A DNA stretch of 12,510 bases, from positions 1 to 12,510 of the forward strand of contig JBGPXN010000135.1 of the NCBI GenBank assembly GCA_041492755.1. Direction: 5' to 3'. Below, in pieces: positions 1-7,263 of this stretch; the stretch's first letter is position 1; each line of letters begins with the position of its first letter. The DNA comes from Candidatus Methylomirabilia bacterium (GTDB lineage Bacteria; Methylomirabilota; Methylomirabilia; Rokubacteriales; CSP1-6). Position numbers and translations under genes: made by a program. The notes beneath the pieces were generated by a model. That model searched no databases. It saw only the letters and a program-made list of their open reading frames with translations, and was not told where the DNA came from.

Positions 1-1
1 G

Positions 2-151
2 ATCGCGCGCGCGGCCAGGTCCCAGCGCGCCGACGTCATCGTGATGGGCACGCACGGCCGAACGGGCTTCACGCGTCTGCTCCTGGGCAGCGTGGCCGAG
101 CGCGTAGTCGGTACCGCGCCGTGCCCCGTCCTCACCGTGCGGAGCCGCTGA
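2..151 (+). CDS. Universal stress protein (UspA family), C-terminal part; 5' end lies outside the window
   Basis: Not in the ORF track. Manual translation from base 2 gives IARAARSQRADVIVMGTHGRTGFTRLLLGSVAERVVGTAPCPVLTVRSR*, with the USP ATP-binding motif G-x2-G-x9-GS and the typical APCPVLTV end. TGA at 149-151. Confidence 0.93.
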   Translation: MARAARSQRADVIVMGTHGRTGFTRLLLGSVAERVVGTAPCPVLTVRSR

Positions 152-163
152 GCGGTCACCGCG

Positions 164-1282
164 ATGACCACGTCCGCTCCGCTCGACGCGGCTGCGCTCG
201 CCCCGTACCTGGCGCGCGTGTTCGGCCACCCCGTCGAGATCCGCGCGCTGCGGTCCCTCGGTTCCGCGGCCGGCGTGGAGGATCCGAAGGGGTTCGGTTA
301 TGGCGTGCCGTTCGAGGTGGAGTGCGTGGTGGACGGCGCCGCGCGCGCGTTCGTCGTGTCGCGCACCAGGCCCGCGCAGGGCTTCGGCCACGACTATCCG
401 GCCGACCGCGCGTGGCAGGCCCTGTACGGACATCACGCCTACAACTCGTTCCCGCGGCACGCCCGGAGCATCGACGTCGGGATCGTGCGGGCGTCGGGCC
501 GGCTCGATTCCGTGGCCGACGCCGCGGAGTTCTTCCAGCTCGTCGAGAAGGTCGACGGCGATCTCTACTGGCTGGACCTCGAACGGTTGCTGCGCGAGCC
601 CGTTCGCGACCTCGACTGGGCGCGCGTCGACGGGCTGGCCCTGTTCCTGGCCGCGGCGCACCAGGCGAAACACGACGAGCCGACGCTCTACCAGCGCCGG
701 ATCCGCGAGCTCGTCGGGCACGGCGAGTGCCTCATGGGAATTCTCGACAGCTACCCGCATCCGTTTCCGCTCCTGCCGCCGGCGCAGTGCGAGGCCATCG
801 AGCGCGACGCCGTGGCCTGGCGCTGGCGCCTGCGCGACCGCGCGCACCGGCTCTCGCGCGTGCACGGCGACTTCCATCCCTGGAATCTGCTGTTCCGGGA
901 CCTGACCGACTTCACCGCGCTCGACCGGAGCCGGGGCGAGTGGGGCGAGCCGGCCGACGACCTCTCGGCGCTCGGCGTGAACTACCTCTTCTATGCCCTG
1001 CGGGCGCAGGCGGCACCGGCGGCGCCCGGCGCGGCGGCGACGTTTCTGGCGATGTTCCGGCGCTTCCTGGACGGCTACCTCGTGGCGAGTGGGGACGACG
1101 AGCTGCGCGAAGTGCTGCCGCCGTTCCTGGCCTTCCGGGCGCTCGTGATCGCGCATCCGCGCTGGTATCCGGCGCTGGCGCCCGCCACGCGCTCCGCGCT
1201 CATCGCCCTGGCCCGCCGGTTGATGGCGAGCCGGACGTTCGACGCCGACATGCTCCCCGAGGTGGCGGAGGCCGCGGCATGA
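164..1282 (+). CDS. Phosphotransferase of the APH/choline-kinase-like (protein-kinase fold) family, substrate unknown
   Basis: 372 aa ORF with Brenner-type catalytic motif HGDFHPWNLLF, a downstream metal-binding Asp segment LDRSRGEWGEPADD and an N-terminal Gly-rich KGFGYG. The stop overlaps the next start (ATGA, 1279-1282). Confidence 0.85.
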   Translation: MTTSAPLDAAALAPYLARVFGHPVEIRALRSLGSAAGVEDPKGFGYGVPFEVECVVDGAARAFVVSRTRPAQGFGHDYPADRAWQALYGHHAYNSFPRHARSIDVGIVRASGRLDSVADAAEFFQLVEKVDGDLYWLDLERLLREPVRDLDWARVDGLALFLAAAHQAKHDEPTLYQRRIRELVGHGECLMGILDSYPHPFPLLPPAQCEAIERDAVAWRWRLRDRAHRLSRVHGDFHPWNLLFRDLTDFTALDRSRGEWGEPADDLSALGVNYLFYALRAQAAPAAPGAAATFLAMFRRFLDGYLVASGDDELREVLPPFLAFRALVIAHPRWYPALAPATRSALIALARRLMASRTFDADMLPEVAEAAA

Positions 1283-2397
1283 GCTGGGCGCTCTGGATCA
1301 CCGGCCCACCCGCCAGCGGCAAGAGCACGATCGCGCGGGCCGTCGCCGAGGCGCTCGAGATCCGCGGCCACCACGCCGTCGTGCTGGAGCTGGACGCCAT
1401 GCGCCGGGTGGTGACGCCGGAGCCGACCTACACCGACACCGAGCGCGATCGCGTCTATCGCGGCCTCGTCTGGGTTGCGACCGTGCTGACCAGCTGCGGC
1501 ATTCCCGTGATCATCGACGCCACGGCGCACCGGCGCGCCTGGCGCGACCTCGCACGGTCCTCCATCTCGAGCTTCGCCGAGATCCAGCTGTCGTGCCCGC
1601 TGCCGGTCCTGCGCGAGCGCGAGCAGACCCGCCCCCTCGGTCATGCGCCCACCGGCATCTATGCCGCCGCCGAGAAGCCGGGCGCGACCGTGCCCGGCGT
1701 CAACGTTGCCTGGGAGCCGTCGCCCGCCGCCGAGGTCACCATCGACACGGCGACCGACGACGTGGCCGCCGCGGTCGAGCGCGTGCTGCCGGTCGCGCTC
1801 GCGCTGGCGGACGCGGCGCCCGTCCGCCCGCCGGCGTCGCCCGCGCGATGGGCGATCTGGATCACCGGACGTCCCGGCAGCGGCAAGACGACGCTGGCCT
1901 CGAGCGTCGCGGAGGCGCTCGCCGCGCGAGGGATCGCCGCGCGCATCCTGGACCTCGCCGAGGTGCGTGGCTTCGTGCACGCCACGGCATCGGCCGGCGG
2001 CGAGGAGCTGGCGCATCGCGTCCTCGTCTTCGCGGCCAAGACGCTCACGGACGCCGGCGTCCCGGTGATCATCGACGCCACCGCCCCGCGGCGCCTCTGG
2101 CGCCAGCTCGCGCGGGAGCTGATCGGCCACTTCGCCGAGGTCCAGCTCGTCTGTCCGCCCGAGGTGTGCGGCGATCGCGAGCGCGCCGTGCGCTGGAACC
2201 TGACCGTCTGCGCCGCCATGCCGCGGCCACGGACGAGGGGCGGCGATGGCCCGGACGTCGTCCTCGACTACGAGCCCGCCCTCAGCCCGGAGCTCACGAT
2301 CTACACCGACGTCGAGGACGTGTGGCTCGCCGGCGATGCAATCTTGCGGCTTGCCGAGCGCTTGCATCGGCACGCGATCGCGGCGCGGGTGGCGTAG
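1279..2397 (+). CDS. P-loop kinase with two tandem adenylyl-sulfate-kinase-like (CysC/AAA_33-like) domains
   Basis: The real part of track ORF 121..2397 starts at ATG 1279 (ATGA overlap, GGAGG upstream). Two Walker A motifs, WITGPPASGKST and WITGRPGSGKTT, are each followed by PVIIDATA-x-RR-x-WR, FAE(I/V)QL-x-CP and a (W/Y)EP-x2-P-like segment resembling APS kinases. Confidence 0.85.
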   Translation: MSWALWITGPPASGKSTIARAVAEALEIRGHHAVVLELDAMRRVVTPEPTYTDTERDRVYRGLVWVATVLTSCGIPVIIDATAHRRAWRDLARSSISSFAEIQLSCPLPVLREREQTRPLGHAPTGIYAAAEKPGATVPGVNVAWEPSPAAEVTIDTATDDVAAAVERVLPVALALADAAPVRPPASPARWAIWITGRPGSGKTTLASSVAEALAARGIAARILDLAEVRGFVHATASAGGEELAHRVLVFAAKTLTDAGVPVIIDATAPRRLWRQLARELIGHFAEVQLVCPPEVCGDRERAVRWNLTVCAAMPRPRTRGGDGPDVVLDYEPALSPELTIYTDVEDVWLAGDAILRLAERLHRHAIAARVA

Positions 2398-2399
2398 CC

Positions 2400-2822
2400 A
2401 TGGACCACACCACCCCGGCCGACGCAAGGTGCAAGGCCAGGGCCCACACCATCCTGGTCGTGGACGACGAGGCGGACTTCGTGGCCACCTATCGGCGGTT
2501 ATTGGCGCGCCCCGGTTATCGTGTCATCGGGGCGGGAACGGTGCAGGAAGCCATCGCCCGTCTTCGAAGCGAATTGCCCAACCTCGTCGTTTCCGACCTG
2601 CGCCTGCCGGACGGGGACGGGCTCGAGATCGTCCGCGCGGCCCGGGCGCTTCCAACCCCACCGCCGGTGGTCGTGGTGACCGGGTTCGGCTCGGAGAAGA
2701 GCCGCCGGGACGCGGCGGCGGCCGGAGCCACCGCGTACGTGACCAAGCCGTTCTCCCTGCCCACGCTCATGAAGCTCACCGACGACCTGTTGCACGGCCC
2801 GTGCGGTATGCCGACGTGCTGA
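2400..2822 (+). CDS. Single-domain response regulator (receiver domain only)
   Basis: C-terminal 140 aa of track ORF 1593..2822, from ATG 2400. Has ILVVDDE, phospho-acceptor Asp in VVSDLRLPDGDG, VVVTG and YVTKPF. No output domain. Confidence 0.9.
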   Translation: MDHTTPADARCKARAHTILVVDDEADFVATYRRLLARPGYRVIGAGTVQEAIARLRSELPNLVVSDLRLPDGDGLEIVRAARALPTPPPVVVVTGFGSEKSRRDAAAAGATAYVTKPFSLPTLMKLTDDLLHGPCGMPTC

Positions 2823-2872
2823 CCGACGACGACCGTTCGGTCCCCTCCTGACCCCGCTCCGTCGGCGCGCGG

Positions 2873-3757
2873 CTACGCCGGCGGGCGCTTGCCCTTGACG
2901 ATCAGCACGGGGCACGGCGCGTGCTGGAGCACGCGCTCGGACACGCTGCCGAGCAGGAGCCGGCCAATCGTCCCGAGGCCGCGAGCGCCGAGCACCACGA
3001 GGTCCACCCCCGGCTCCTCGGCGGCGGCCAGCACCTCGGCGGCCGCATGACCCTCGACCACGCTGCGTTCGACCTTCCCGGCCCGGACAAGCTGCGGCTC
3101 CGCGCGCGCGAGCATCCCGTCGAGCCGGGTCGTCTCGTCGGTCGCTCGCTCCGCCACCGGCGGGGGCCACGGCATCCCGAGCAACGCGGGCGCGCCGAGG
3201 GGAATCGGGGGCGGCTCCATCACGGCCAGCAGACGGACCGACACGTCGGGACCGAGCGGCAGCGAGCCGACGAACTGCAGTGCGGCCATCGAGTCCGGCG
3301 AGCCGTCGCAGGCGACCACCACCCGCCGCGGCGGCGCCGCTGCGCCGCGCACGACGGCCACCGGGCAGGACACGCCGTGGACGACCGCGGTCGAGACGCT
3401 TCCCATGAGGAACCGCCCGACCGCGCCGAGGCCGCGCGCCCCGACGACCACGAGGTCGGCCGGCCACTCCGCCGCTTCCTGCACGATCGTGCCGCGCGGC
3501 TCGCCTTCGCGCGTTCGCAGCTCCGCCGTCGCGCCACGGGCGGCCAGGACGGTGCCGGCGTCCACCGCGACCTGTCGCGCCCCTTCCAGCAGTCGCTGAT
3601 TGAACTCACGCACGGTCGGGATGTCGAGGGCGGACGGCGGCAAGGACACCACGGTGAGGACGCGAATGACGGATCCGGGGGGCAGCGGCAAGTTCCGCAC
3701 CCACTGGACCGCCTTGCCACCGTCGTCCGATCCGTCCGTTGCGATGAGTACGCGCAT
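2873..3757 (-). CDS. Tandem-domain universal stress protein
   Basis: Two USP domains, MRVLIATDGS...GARGLGAVGRFLMGSVS...CPVAVV and RVVVACDGS...GARGLGTIGRLLLGSVSERVLQHAPCPVLIV. RBS AAGGAGA upstream of the ATG. Confidence 0.95.
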   Translation of the reverse strand: MRVLIATDGSDDGGKAVQWVRNLPLPPGSVIRVLTVVSLPPSALDIPTVREFNQRLLEGARQVAVDAGTVLAARGATAELRTREGEPRGTIVQEAAEWPADLVVVGARGLGAVGRFLMGSVSTAVVHGVSCPVAVVRGAAAPPRRVVVACDGSPDSMAALQFVGSLPLGPDVSVRLLAVMEPPPIPLGAPALLGMPWPPPVAERATDETTRLDGMLARAEPQLVRAGKVERSVVEGHAAAEVLAAAEEPGVDLVVLGARGLGTIGRLLLGSVSERVLQHAPCPVLIVKGKRPPA

Positions 3758-3775
3758 GGTGGTCTCTCCTTGAGC

Positions 3776-4528
3776 TTATGGTACCGGGCCGTGCTCTTCC
3801 CCGAGCAACAGCACGGTGGCCACGCCGAGGAGGAGCAGAAGGGGCGCACGGAACCCGGCAACGCCGGGGCGACGATCGAGCGCCGGAACGAGGTCCGCGA
3901 GACCGATGTAGAGGAAGCCGGCCGCCGCAACGGCCAGCGCGTAGGGCACGACTTGAACGGCGGGCTCGAAGGCGACGTAGGCCAGGAGCGCGCCGGGAAT
4001 GGCGACGCTCGCCGAGACCGCGTTCCACCAGAGGGCGCGCGCCGGGCTGAAGCCGCCGTCGACGAGGATCGCCATGTCCCCGAGCTCCTGGGGCAGCTCG
4101 TGCGCGACGACGGCCAGCGCGGCGACGACGCCCAGCGGGAGCGAAGCGAGGAAGGCGCTGGCGATGATGACGCCGTCGACGAAGTTGTGAAGCCCGTCGC
4201 TGACCAGGATCAGCGGCGCCGCCCCCCCGCGATGGGCGCCGTCCCGGCGACGGTCGGCAGGCCGGCTCCGCAGCGCCCACTCGACCAGGAAGAAGAGCAC
4301 CAGGCCCCCCAGAACCCCGCGCAGCACCCCCGCCGGGGCCGCCGTCGCCAGCGCGTGCGGGAGCAGCTCGAGCAGCGCGGTGGCGAGCAGGATGCCGGTG
4401 GCGTAACAGAGCAGCGGGCCCATCGCGAGCCGGCGCCACGACTCGGGCAGACCGACGAAGACCGCGGCCGCCGCCACCGTGCCCACGCTGCCGAGCACGG
4501 TGGCCAGGAGGATCCAGAGCAGGGTCAC
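3776..4528 (-). CDS. ZIP-family (ZupT-like) divalent metal transporter
   Basis: Hydrophobic 250 aa protein with ZIP signature helices DGLHNFVDG and AHELPQELGD, plus the C-terminal AAGFLYIGLADLVP. GTG start. Confidence 0.92.
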   Translation of the reverse strand: MTLLWILLATVLGSVGTVAAAAVFVGLPESWRRLAMGPLLCYATGILLATALLELLPHALATAAPAGVLRGVLGGLVLFFLVEWALRSRPADRRRDGAHRGGAAPLILVSDGLHNFVDGVIIASAFLASLPLGVVAALAVVAHELPQELGDMAILVDGGFSPARALWWNAVSASVAIPGALLAYVAFEPAVQVVPYALAVAAAGFLYIGLADLVPALDRRPGVAGFRAPLLLLLGVATVLLLGEEHGPVP

Positions 4529-4641
4529 GCGTGGATCTTACCCGGTGATCCGGCAACCGCGCACGCGCGCTCCGCCTCGGCCACGACCCCCACGCCGCGA
4601 ACGAACGCATCGGGACTGAGCGAGATGCCGAGGTACACCAT
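4525..4641 (-). CDS. Possible 38-aa small ORF translationally coupled to the ZIP gene
   Basis: MVYLGISLSPDAFVRGVGVVAEAERACAVAGSPGKIHA. Its TGA overlaps the ZIP GTG start (GTGA), and it lies downstream of a sigma-54 motif. No recognisable family. Confidence 0.3.
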   Translation of the reverse strand: MVYLGISLSPDAFVRGVGVVAEAERACAVAGSPGKIHA

Positions 4642-4715
4642 GGTGGCGCGGGCGCCACTCCGTCGTGAAGCCGACGAGCGGGCTCGAATCCGACGCCTCC
4701 ACGGCCCGCTCGATA

Positions 4716-4731
4716 TGCAGGCAGGCTGCCA
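4716..4731 (-). promoter_or_regulatory. Putative sigma-54 (-24/-12) promoter for the small ORF-ZIP-USP unit
   Basis: Minus strand TGGCAGCCTGCCTGCA has GG-N10-GC spacing and resembles the consensus TGGCAC-N5-TTGCW. It is 14/16 identical to the motif at 11387-11402. Confidence 0.65.
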
Positions 4732-4789
4732 CGTCCAGCAGCCACAATCGGCCGGATTCGCTGGCGAGCCGCCGCCGTCGCACCGCGCA

Positions 4790-4820
4790 CGCGTGCCGCA
4801 GTGAGGCGGCCGCGCCTCAC
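4790..4820. promoter_or_regulatory. Putative upstream activator (bEBP) site
   Basis: CGCGTGCCGCAGTGAGGCG (4790-4808) matches the reverse complement of 11308-11326 at 16/19 positions. It overlaps a perfect inverted repeat GTGAGGCG-gccg-CGCCTCAC (4801-4820) and lies midway between two divergent sigma-54 motifs. Confidence 0.5.
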
Positions 4821-4874
4821 CTGCCGTCGCGGCGCCACGGATAAACTCGCACGACCCGGCGGGCCTTTGCGGGA

Positions 4875-4890
4875 CGGTCCCGATCTTGCT
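4875..4890 (+). promoter_or_regulatory. Putative sigma-54 promoter for the CBS-BON/pcm/mat unit
   Basis: CGGTCCCGATCTTGCT has GG-N10-GC spacing and a canonical TTGCT -12 element, about 45 bp upstream of ATG 4933. The -24 element is weaker than consensus. Confidence 0.55.
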
Positions 4891-4932
4891 CATACCGTGA
4901 CACCGTCCGAGATCAGGCACACGGGGGGCCCA

Positions 4933-5236
4933 ATGAAGACGCGAGACGCGATGACGGCCGACGTGATTGCGGTGAGCCCGGATGAGTCCGTCGCCCGCGA
5001 CGGCGTCGGACAAGCAGCTCGTCGAGACCATGCGTAGCCGGATGGCGGCCGAGCCATGGGTCCCGGGGGCCTTGCTCGTCGACGCCCGCAATGGGGTCAT
5101 CGAGCTGTGGGGCCTGGTCTCGACCGACACGGAGCGCTCGGCGCTCGAAACGATGGCGCGCGCGATCCCCGGATGCCGGGGCGTGGAGAACCATCTCGCC
5201 GCGCGCAGCGACGCGCCCTATCACTACGGGCTGTGA
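4933..5236 (+). pseudogene. CBS-pair + BON domain protein, internally deleted and frameshifted
   Basis: ATG 4933 gives MKTRDAMTADVIAVSPDESVA, a typical CBS N-terminus. From about 4995 a different frame gives SDKQLVETMRSRMAAEPW...VDARNGVIELWGLVSTDTERSALETMARAIPGCRGVENHL, a BON domain, ending at TGA 5236. Most of the CBS pair is missing. Confidence 0.8.
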
Positions 5237-5321
5237 GCTGGCGTGGGCTTCCGATGGTCGTGCGGTTGGCCGCCGTCGCCGCGACCATGACCCGTGGGAT
5301 CGGGCGCCGGAACGCCGTGAC

Positions 5322-6020
5322 ATGCTGAGCCAGGATCAGGCTCGAGCCGGGCAGGACCTGCCCGCCTTCGCCGAGCAACGCGAGCGGATGGTCGAGCAGA
5401 TCGCGGCGCGCGGCGTGCGGGATCCGGCCGTCCTCACGGCGATGCGAACGGTTCCCCGCGAGCGCTTCGTGCCCGAGTCCCTGGCGGACCGCGCCTACGA
5501 CGACGGGCCATTGCCTATCGGCGAGGGCCAGACGATCTCGCAGCCGTACGTCGTCGCGGCGATGACCGAGGCCCTGCGGCTGCAGCCGCGTGACCGCGTG
5601 CTCGAGATCGGTACCGGCTCCGGCTACGCGGCGGCCGTCCTGGCATCGATCGTCGCGGAGGTCTACACGGTCGAGCGCGTGGCGAGCCTCGCCGAGGCCG
5701 CATGCCGGCGGCTGGCCGATCTCGGGTACGCGACCGTGCACGTCCGGCTCGGCGACGGCACGCTCGGTTGGGCCGAGCACGCCCCGTACGACGCCATCGT
5801 CGTCACGGCGGGGGGGCCGGACGTTCCGCAATCACTCCTCCGCCAGCTCACCCCCGACGGCCGGCTCGTCATGCCGGTCGGGCCAGGGCCGCGGTCGCAG
5901 CGGCTCGTCCGGATCGTCCGGACGCCCGATGACCGCTACGAGCGCGAAGACTTCGAGGACGTCGCCTTCGTCCCGCTCATCGGCGCCGAGGGCTGGCCAC
6001 CGGAGGAGAGCTGGACCTGA
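5322..6020 (+). CDS. pcm: Protein-L-isoaspartate(D-aspartate) O-methyltransferase
   Basis: RERMVEQ...VPRERFVP...AYDDGPLPIGEGQTISQPY, SAM motif VLEIGTGSGY, APYDAIVVTAG, GRLVMPVG and FVPLIG. Start placed at ATG 5322 (5388 is an alternative) rather than the track's 5091. Confidence 0.95.
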   Translation: MLSQDQARAGQDLPAFAEQRERMVEQIAARGVRDPAVLTAMRTVPRERFVPESLADRAYDDGPLPIGEGQTISQPYVVAAMTEALRLQPRDRVLEIGTGSGYAAAVLASIVAEVYTVERVASLAEAACRRLADLGYATVHVRLGDGTLGWAEHAPYDAIVVTAGGPDVPQSLLRQLTPDGRLVMPVGPGPRSQRLVRIVRTPDDRYEREDFEDVAFVPLIGAEGWPPEESWT

Positions 6021-6040
6021 CCAGCCGGCCGGCGATCGCC

Positions 6041-7225
6041 ATGGAGGCATTGCCGGGGCCGCCGGTCTCCAGGCGCCGGCTGGAAGTCGTCGAGCGCAAG
6101 GGCATCGGACACCCGGACACGATCTGCGATTCGCTGGTCGAAGCCGTCGCCGTCGCCCTCAACGCGATGTACCTCGAGCGGCTCGGCGCCGTCGCCCACT
6201 ACAACATCGACAAGGCGTTGCTGATCGCCGGCCAGTGCCGAAAGGCGTTCGGCCGCGGGCAGGTCACGCAGCCGATGGAATTCGTGCTCGGCGATCGCGC
6301 CACGTTCGAGGTCGACGGCCGCCGGCTTCCCGTGGAGACGACCGTGCACGCGGCCGTCGATGACTGGCTCGCCGCGCACCTGCCCGGCGTCGGCGCGCAC
6401 GTCGATTTCCGTACGCGCCTTGCGCTCGCCCCGGGCTCCGCCGAGCTGCGGAGCATCTTCGCGCCGGGCGCGCCCGAAGTTCTCTCCAACGACACGTCCG
6501 GCGCCTGCGGCTACGCGCCGCTCAGCCCGACGGAGGAGCTCGTGCTGAGCATCGAGCGCTTCCTGAACGGCCCCGGATTCAAGGCCCGTTTCCCCGACAC
6601 CGGCCAGGACGTGAAGGTGTTCGGCGTGCGCGAGGACGACCGCCTCGCCCTGACCGTGGCCATGCCGCTGCTCGCGGTCGCCACGGGGTCCGAAGCCGCA
6701 TACTTCGCGCGCAAGCAGGAGATCCTCGGCGCGGTGTCCGCCCATTTTTCCGCGGCACCGTTCGAGATCGAGTGGCGCCTGAACAACCTCGACGCTCCCG
6801 GCCGGGGCAGCGACGGTGTCTATCTCACCGTCACGGGCACCTCGGCCGAAGACGCGGATTCGGGCCAGGTCGGTCGCGGCAACCGCGCCAACGGCATCAT
6901 CGCGTTCGCGCGGCCCACCGGCGGCGAAGCGGCGCCCGGCAAGAACGCGCTCGCCCACGCCGGGAAGGTCTACAGCGTGTTCAGCCACCATCTCGCGCGG
7001 CTCATCCACGCGCGCTGCCCCGAGCTGCACGAGGTGTACGTGAATCTCACCGGGCGAATCGGCGAGCCGGTGGATCGGCCCTGGACGGGCATCCAGCTCG
7101 TGCTCCCCGAAGGGATGGTCCTGTCGGACCGCGCGGCCGCCGTGCGGGACGTCGTGCAGGAGCAGCTCGCGCGTCTACCCCAGTTCCGCGCGGCGCTCGC
7201 CCGGGGCGAGTATCCCGTCTGTTGA
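6041..7225 (+). CDS. mat: Methionine adenosyltransferase (SAM synthetase), archaeal-type
   Basis: Archaeal MAT signatures EVVERKGIGHPDTICD, HYNIDK, SNDTS, GQDVKV, YLTVTGTSAE..DSGQVGRGNR.NG and EAAPGKN...HAGKVY. The start may be slightly upstream (CTG 6017). Confidence 0.92.
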   Translation: MEALPGPPVSRRRLEVVERKGIGHPDTICDSLVEAVAVALNAMYLERLGAVAHYNIDKALLIAGQCRKAFGRGQVTQPMEFVLGDRATFEVDGRRLPVETTVHAAVDDWLAAHLPGVGAHVDFRTRLALAPGSAELRSIFAPGAPEVLSNDTSGACGYAPLSPTEELVLSIERFLNGPGFKARFPDTGQDVKVFGVREDDRLALTVAMPLLAVATGSEAAYFARKQEILGAVSAHFSAAPFEIEWRLNNLDAPGRGSDGVYLTVTGTSAEDADSGQVGRGNRANGIIAFARPTGGEAAPGKNALAHAGKVYSVFSHHLARLIHARCPELHEVYVNLTGRIGEPVDRPWTGIQLVLPEGMVLSDRAAAVRDVVQEQLARLPQFRAALARGEYPVC

Positions 7226-7263
7226 GTGATCTGTACTTCGTAGCGATGTGGCAGCGGCTTCAT
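7226..7263 (-). pseudogene. 5' fragment (about 13 codons) of a probable OsmC-family gene
   Basis: Strong RBS GAGGAGG, then ATG 7263 giving MKPLPHRYEVQIT, after which the frame runs into the antisense of mat. This N-terminus resembles those I recall for OsmC-like proteins. Confidence 0.45.

Noticed and set aside
121..1278. N-terminal 386 aa of track ORF 121..2397
   Set aside because: Arg/Pro/Gly-rich off-frame read of the phosphotransferase gene. The real protein starts at ATG 1279.
164..1282. Aminoglycoside-resistance gene
   Set aside because: Only the general kinase fold motif is shared. The context is a stress operon, not a resistance or mobile locus.
1593..2399. N-terminal extension of track ORF 1593..2822
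   Set aside because: Off-frame overlap with the P-loop kinase. The receiver domain starts at ATG 2400.
2823..2872. Intrinsic terminator between the convergent receiver and USP genes
   Set aside because: Only a short GACCG-tt-CGGTC stem, with no U tract on either strand.
2921..4804. 627-aa + strand ORF and other long ORFs such as 1075..2427, 2499..3467, 3606..4838 and 5936..7030
   Set aside because: Antisense or off-frame shadows of well-supported genes, expected at high GC, with no motifs.
4822..4837. Additional GG-N10-GC match TGGCGCCGCGACGGCA on the - strand
   Set aside because: Poor -12 element, and bare GG-N10-GC is common by chance at this GC content. The 4716-4731 motif is much better.
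6970..7263. 97-aa - strand ORF as an intact gene
   Set aside because: Only the first 13 or so codons lie outside mat. The rest is mat antisense, so it is treated as a fragment.
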